NCBI GenBank assembly: GCA_963790205.1 | Contig: CAWBNQ010000001.1 | Location: 416,001 to 480,000 of the forward strand | Direction: 5' to 3' | From: Nitrospirota bacterium | Lineage (GTDB): Bacteria > Nitrospirota > UBA9217 | DNA: 64,000 nucleotides | Shown here: positions 59,130 through 64,000 of the stretch, piece by piece | Layout of the letters: every line of letters starts with the position of its first letter | Numbering within the stretch: the stretch's first letter is position 1 | Program-made: the position numbers and the translations under genes | Notes under the pieces: model-generated | What the model was told of the DNA's origin: nothing | Databases searched by the model: none | Seen by the model: the letters and a program-made list of their open reading frames with translations, nothing else

Positions 59130-60335
59130 TTACAGTTCCGCTATTGAAACGCTGTTTCTGCCGGCCTGTTTTGAGGTATAGAGGGCGGCATCAGCGCGTG
59201 CCACGATGGTGTCGCTATTTTCCACGGCAGCGCAGCAGCTTGCTACCCCTATGCTCATCGAGAGCCCGATCAATTTCCCAGGAAGCTCAAGTTCGGTGTT
59301 CTCTACCGCCGCACGAATCTTTTCCGCAAGACTTTTTGCCCCGTTGAGCGACGTTTCGGGAAGGATCATCATGAACTCATCACCGCCGTACCGACCGATG
59401 ACATCCGCTTTTCTGAGCGTCTTCTTGAGAGACTCTGCAATGGCCTGGAGCGCGAGGTCTCCCGCCCGATGGCCGTAGGAGTCGTTTATAAGCTTGAACC
59501 GGTCGATGTCGCAAAGAATCAGCGAGAGATCGGAAGAGTAACGGCTTGCCCGACCGGTCTCGTGATCGAGGATATCGTTGAGAGCCCTTCTGTTGAGCAG
59601 CCCGGTAAGGCTGTCGGTCGTCGAGAGGTGGTTCAGTTTTTTTATCAGGTGTTTCTTCTCCTCTTCCGCCATTTTGCGGTCAGTAATGTTCCTGGCGTAT
59701 TCGATAACATGAGAAACCCGCATGTTCTCGTCGAGGACGGGATAGGTATAGATTTCCATCCACAGCTCAGACCCGTCTGGGGTCGTTACGAGCTTCTCTT
59801 TGGCGCAGGGGTCGGATGACCGAAATGTCTTCTCGACTACGCACTCTTCACAGACGCCGGTTCTGCCGTGTAGCGCCTTATAGCATGTTTTGCCGAGAAG
59901 GTCGTTCGCCGGCCTTTCATGTGTGCATACGAATCGTTCACTTTCATGATCGTGTAATCCCGGGCCATGATGCTGAAGGGGTCGTGGATGCTGTTGAATA
60001 TGATGCCCAAAAAATTTTCCGATCTTCGCAGTTCTTCTTCCGTCCGCACGCACACGGATCTCTTTTCTCAGACGGTCATTAACGACCATGCTATCCGTTA
60101 GAGTCTCATGTGCCGGGTCGCGTTTAATGACTGCTTTGGTGAGAAGAGCGCTGTACAAGAGGAAGCCGGCAATCATGAATAGGAGGGGATAGATCTCATG
60201 GGATGATGTGCCGATCAGTAAAGCAACAGGGGATGTGCCACGATGTAAGAAGTAGGCGTCGATCATCGCGCCTGCTGCCCAGAGGACAAGAGCTACAATA
60301 AGCGACAAGATGACTATGTTTCGGGTATATTTCAT
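59130..60335 (-). CDS. Membrane-anchored PAS-GGDEF diguanylate cyclase (two compensating indels in the PAS N-half)
   Basis: Two TMs, CY...HG...C..C PAS, DSLTGLLNRR, DIDRFK.INDSYGH, RKAD I-site, GGDEF. Confidence 0.88.
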   Translation of the reverse strand: MKYTRNIVILSLIVALVLWAAGAMIDAYFLHRGTSPVALLIGTSSHEIYPLLFMIAGFLLYSALLTKAVIKRDPAHETLTDSMVVNDRLRKEIRVRADGRRTAKIGKFFGHHIQQHPRPLQHHGPGLHDHESERFVCTHERPANDLLGKTCYKALHGRTGVCEECVVEKTFRSSDPCAKEKLVTTPDGSELWMEIYTYPVLDENMRVSHVIEYARNITDRKMAEEEKKHLIKKLNHLSTTDSLTGLLNRRALNDILDHETGRASRYSSDLSLILCDIDRFKLINDSYGHRAGDLALQAIAESLKKTLRKADVIGRYGGDEFMMILPETSLNGAKSLAEKIRAAVENTELELPGKLIGLSMSIGVASCCAAVENSDTIVARADAALYTSKQAGRNSVSIAEL

Positions 60336-60957
60336 GCTTCGCCCATTATTTTACTGATTCACCCAATAAATATGCAATTCGCGTGCTCGACATATTATGC
60401 CTCCATTATGGTTATAGCGTATCAACCATAATATTACGATAGTATTTATTAAAATCAATGAGTTATAACTTTTGATGGCATTTCATTAGAGCATTTTTCG
60501 GGCACATTAGAGCCTTATGGTGTGGGTTATATACTACTAAAATATTAGTAAAATCACTCAATGGCATGTATTCGCTTCTTTGCCATTGTTTTGCACTTAT
60601 CCTGACAAAAAAGCATCGGCGTTTATTTTTCACAAACTTCATAAAGGGGCAGTAGGGGGGTGGCTGAAAGGGAGTTATTAAGAAATAGCGGCCTGAATCC
60701 ACGATCCTCAGGTGCGGCAATTGCTGACTGGATTATAGAATGGCCAAATGAGAGATAATTAATCGCAACTACGATTATTTCATGGTGATGGGATCAATAA
60801 AGAGAGAATAGGCAAGAAAGAACACATTAGACTGCAAGTGCTGTCAGTTCGCCACGAGTAAGCCTCGCATCATTAGAGTGAGCTATCTCTGGACTCAAAA
60901 CCATCCTCCTTAGACAAAAAAAAGGATGGGCAAAATTTAAAAATTTGCAGGACCGGC

Positions 60958-61521
60958 CTAAACGGTCATGATCTCTTTTTCTTTGTGCGCCAGGAATTCG
61001 TCGATCTTCTTAATATAGCTATCGGTTGTCTTCTGGATCTCGTCCTGCAGCTTCTTAATCTCATCCTCGGAAACGTGGGTGTCCTTGTCCTTGCTTTTTC
61101 TCTTAATCTCATCGTTGATGTCGCGGCGAATATTGCGGACGATGATTCGTCCGTCCTCGGCAAGCTTCTTTGCGTGCTTCACGATCTGCTGCCTGCGCTC
61201 TTCCGTCAGCGGAGGAATGCTGAGACGGATGATCTTGCCGTCGTTGCCGGGAGTGAGGCCCACGTCAGATTTCAAAATGGCCTTCTCGATCTCCCCGAGC
61301 ATCTTCGCTTCCCAAGGTTGGATGGTGATGGTCCGCGGGTCGGGCACGGCCATGTTTGCTACCAGGTTGAGCGCCGTTGGTGTGCCGTAGTAGTCCACCA
61401 AGACCCCGTCGAGCATGCCGAGCGACGCCCTTCCGGTGCGCAAGGTTGCGAACTCCTTCCTGAGCGCATCAAGGGCCTTGCTCATCTTCTCGTCAGCCTT
61501 CTTTTTTTGCTCGCTAAGCAT
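60958..61521 (-). CDS. frr: Ribosome recycling factor
   Basis: [27 protein letters not shown]. Confidence 0.97.
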   Translation of the reverse strand: MLSEQKKKADEKMSKALDALRKEFATLRTGRASLGMLDGVLVDYYGTPTALNLVANMAVPDPRTITIQPWEAKMLGEIEKAILKSDVGLTPGNDGKIIRLSIPPLTEERRQQIVKHAKKLAEDGRIIVRNIRRDINDEIKRKSKDKDTHVSEDEIKKLQDEIQKTTDSYIKKIDEFLAHKEKEIMTV

Positions 61522-62242
61522 TGTTCCTCCCGGTTACGAGCGTTCCCACCGTTTCACCCAAAACGATTCGCTTGATATTGCCGGAAACGTTTAAATTGAA
61601 AACGATGATGGGAAGATTATTGTCCATGCAGAGGGAGATAGCCGTTGCATCCATGACGCGAAGGTCCTTTCGGAGCACGTCAAGGTACGTCAGGCTGTCG
61701 AACTTGGTTGCAGTCTTGTCCTTCATGGGGTCCGCGCTATATACGCCGTTAACCTTTGTCGCCTTCATGATGATTTCTGCCCCAACCTCCATGGCGCGGA
61801 GGGCAGCCGCGGTATCAGTTGTAAAATAAGGATTGCCCGTCCCGGCCGCAAAAATGACGACCCGGCCTTTTTCGAGATGACGCACCGCGCGCCGCCTGAT
61901 ATAGGTCTCGGCGAGTTCCCGCATCTCAATGGCCGACTGTACCCGGGTGACGACACCTTTGTTCTCAAGAATGTTCTGGAGCGCAAGGGCGTTTAACACG
62001 GTGGCAAGCATGCCCATGTAATCGGCGCTCGCCCTCTCCATCCCTTTTGCGGCAGCGGACAAACCACGGAAGATATTGCCGCCGCCGATGACAATAGCGA
62101 CCTCGACGCCGAGTTCGCAGATTTCCTTAACCTCGGATGTGATCTTGTCGAGCACCCCATGGTCGATGCCGTAACCCTGATCGCCCATAAGGGCCTCGCC
62201 GGAAAGCTTCAGGAGAATGCGTTTGTATCGCGCGTGTGCCAT
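61514..62242 (-). CDS. pyrH: UMP kinase
   Basis: [27 protein letters not shown]. Confidence 0.97.
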   Translation of the reverse strand: MAHARYKRILLKLSGEALMGDQGYGIDHGVLDKITSEVKEICELGVEVAIVIGGGNIFRGLSAAAKGMERASADYMGMLATVLNALALQNILENKGVVTRVQSAIEMRELAETYIRRRAVRHLEKGRVVIFAAGTGNPYFTTDTAAALRAMEVGAEIIMKATKVNGVYSADPMKDKTATKFDSLTYLDVLRKDLRVMDATAISLCMDNNLPIIVFNLNVSGNIKRIVLGETVGTLVTGRNNA

Positions 62243-62362
62243 GATTTACCCCGTTAGAGAAAACCACCCGTCATTCCGGCAGGATACTTCATTAACCTTC
62301 CTGATTCGCATAAGCAGGCCGTCAGCTATTTCCGTTTAAAATATATAAGTTCTTAACGGGGC

Positions 62363-63238
62363 TTATTTCAGCTGGGCTGCCACTTCCTCTGCAAAGTTTT
62401 CCTTCTTTTTTTCTATCCCCTCGCCGAGCTGATACCGGACAAAACGGATCACCGCGGCGTTTCCGCTTTTCGTCAGGAGGTCCTTGATCTTAAGCTTGCC
62501 GTCGGGATCCTTGATATACACCTGGTCCATGAGGCAGGTGTCGCCGTAGTACTTCTCGATCTTGCCATCCACCATCTTGCCGATGATGGCAGCAGGCTTG
62601 CCCGATTCCTTGGCCTGAGCTTCGTACACCGCACGCTCGCGCGCCAGGGCGTCGGCGGGCACGGTCTCCCGCGAAAGAAAGAGGGGATTCGCTGCAGCGA
62701 TGTGCATCGCAATGTCCTTGCCGAGCTGACCGTCGCCGCCTGTGTAGTCCACCATGACGCCGATGCGGGTACCGTGCAAATAAATAGCGAGTTTGCCGTT
62801 GGTCTGAAAACGCGTGAAACGGCGAATCGCGATGTTCTCGCCGATCTTTTGCACGAGTGCCTGGCGCCTAGTCTCGACGTTCTCTCCGTTTAGGGCAAAC
62901 TGGGAGAGCGCAGCAACGTCAGCCGGGTTATGGGCGGCCACGAGCTCCGCAATCCCCTTGGCGAAGTTTTGGAACTCCTCGTTCTTCGCAACAAAATCCG
63001 TTTCGCTGTTCACCTCGGTCAGTACGCCTATATTGCCGCTTGTCGTAGAGATGATGATCCCTTCTGCTGCCACGCGGGTAGCCTTCTTTGCTGCTGTAGA
63101 GAGGCCTTTGGTCCTCAGAATATCAACGGCCTTTTCGAGGTCACCGCCTGCTTCTTCAAGCGCCTTTTTTGCATCCATCATGCCGGCGCCGGTTTTTTCG
63201 CGCAAGTCCTTCACTGCAGCTGCTGTTATTGTTGCCAT
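62363..63238 (-). CDS. tsf: Elongation factor Ts
   Basis: LREKTGAGMMD.KKAL, EVNSETDFVAKN. Confidence 0.97.
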   Translation of the reverse strand: MATITAAAVKDLREKTGAGMMDAKKALEEAGGDLEKAVDILRTKGLSTAAKKATRVAAEGIIISTTSGNIGVLTEVNSETDFVAKNEEFQNFAKGIAELVAAHNPADVAALSQFALNGENVETRRQALVQKIGENIAIRRFTRFQTNGKLAIYLHGTRIGVMVDYTGGDGQLGKDIAMHIAAANPLFLSRETVPADALARERAVYEAQAKESGKPAAIIGKMVDGKIEKYYGDTCLMDQVYIKDPDGKLKIKDLLTKSGNAAVIRFVRYQLGEGIEKKKENFAEEVAAQLK

Positions 63239-63282
63239 TGGACAAAAACCCCCTTCTGTGTATTCTTTTCGTAACGGGTGCC

Positions 63283-64000
63283 TTATTCCTCGACAGCGTC
63301 GACAGCGTCAATGTCGGCTGCGGTTTCCTCGAGCGCCTCAGCCGGCAGCTCCGATGCCTGGACGGCTCCGGCTGCCTTTGCAGCCTCCGCGGCCGCTCCC
63401 GCTTCCTTGGCGATGGCCTGTCTTCCTTCGATGACGGCATCGGCGATCTTGGAAGCCATCAGGCGGATGGCGCGGATCGCATCGTCGTTGCCTGGAATGA
63501 CATAGTCAATGTTGTCGGGATCGCAGTTGGTATCCACGACGGCAACTACTTTAATGCCCAGCTTGTTCGCTTCATGCACGGCAATTGCTTCCTTGCGGGG
63601 ATCAATGATGAAGATTACTGACGGCGGTTCGGCCATGGTCTTGATGCCTGAAAGGATCTTTTCCAGCTTCGTGCGTTCCTTTTCCAGGCCGGCCACTTCC
63701 TTCTTGGTGAGCTTATCGTAGGTGCCGTCTTCCTTCATTTTTTCGATCTTCTTGAGACGGTCGATGCTCTTCTTGATAGTCGTGTAGTTCGTCAGCATGC
63801 CGCCAAGCCAGCGGCTGGAGACGTAGTACATGTTGCAACGCTTTGCTTCTTCGGTAATGGCATCCTGAGCCTGCTTTTTGGTGCCAACGAAAAGGATGTC
63901 CTTCCCTTCGGAAGCTGATGTGCGAACGAACTCGTAGGCTTCCTTGAAAAGTTTGAGCGTTTTTTGGAGATCGATGATGTAGATCCCGTTGCGCTCACCG
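63283..64000 (-). CDS. rpsB: 30S ribosomal protein S2 (5' end outside the window)
   Basis: [41 protein letters not shown]. Confidence 0.97.
   Translation of the reverse strand, partial: GERNGIYIIDLQKTLKLFKEAYEFVRTSASEGKDILFVGTKKQAQDAITEEAKRCNMYYVSSRWLGGMLTNYTTIKKSIDRLKKIEKMKEDGTYDKLTKKEVAGLEKERTKLEKILSGIKTMAEPPSVIFIIDPRKEAIAVHEANKLGIKVVAVVDTNCDPDNIDYVIPGNDDAIRAIRLMASKIADAVIEGRQAIAKEAGAAAEAAKAAGAVQASELPAEALEETAADIDAVDAVEE

Noticed and set aside
60336..60957. ncRNA or gene in the long AT-rich spacer
   Set aside because: No convincing ORF, tRNA fold or known RNA motif seen

Overview
Bacterial chromosomal segment from an anaerobe. Gene content and order suggest Nitrospirota or a Desulfobacterota-like lineage; this is inference and was not verified. 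Layout: (1) 1-12 kb holds the tail of one chemosensory cluster, rlmN, and a second che cluster whose CheA carries an MshEN-like insert. (2) 12.2-35.1 kb is a co-oriented one-carbon/Wood-Ljungdahl cluster: cooC, formyl-THF cyclo-ligase, folE, a frameshifted flavoprotein-ferredoxin-MvhD fusion, metVF, panB, thyX, a second cooC/acsF, a DUF2520 gene, acsE, acsDCB, NuoEF-like subunits, a selenocysteine formate dehydrogenase with a visible SECIS, a cNMP-binding protein and fhs. No CODH or folD gene lies in the window. (3) 35-51 kb is accessory DNA, including a sigma54/two-component-linked operon (HAD phosphatase, RtxA-like class III aminotransferase, ACP, FabF-like synthase, Cys-nucleophile alpha/beta hydrolase, exported protein) proposed here as an acyl-serinol lipid pathway. 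(4) 51-64 kb is mostly housekeeping (pdxA, gltX, atpBE, a diguanylate cyclase, frr, pyrH, tsf, rpsB). Most notable observations: the candidate acyl-serinol operon; 7-9 bp tandem micro-repeat cassettes, often with inverted arms, in about a dozen spacers of the C1 cluster; the fused MetVF partner; and a two-helix switch-like leader over the thyX ribosome-binding site. Several single-base indels look like sequencing or assembly errors. All assignments come from motif reading and memory of protein families; no database search was run.
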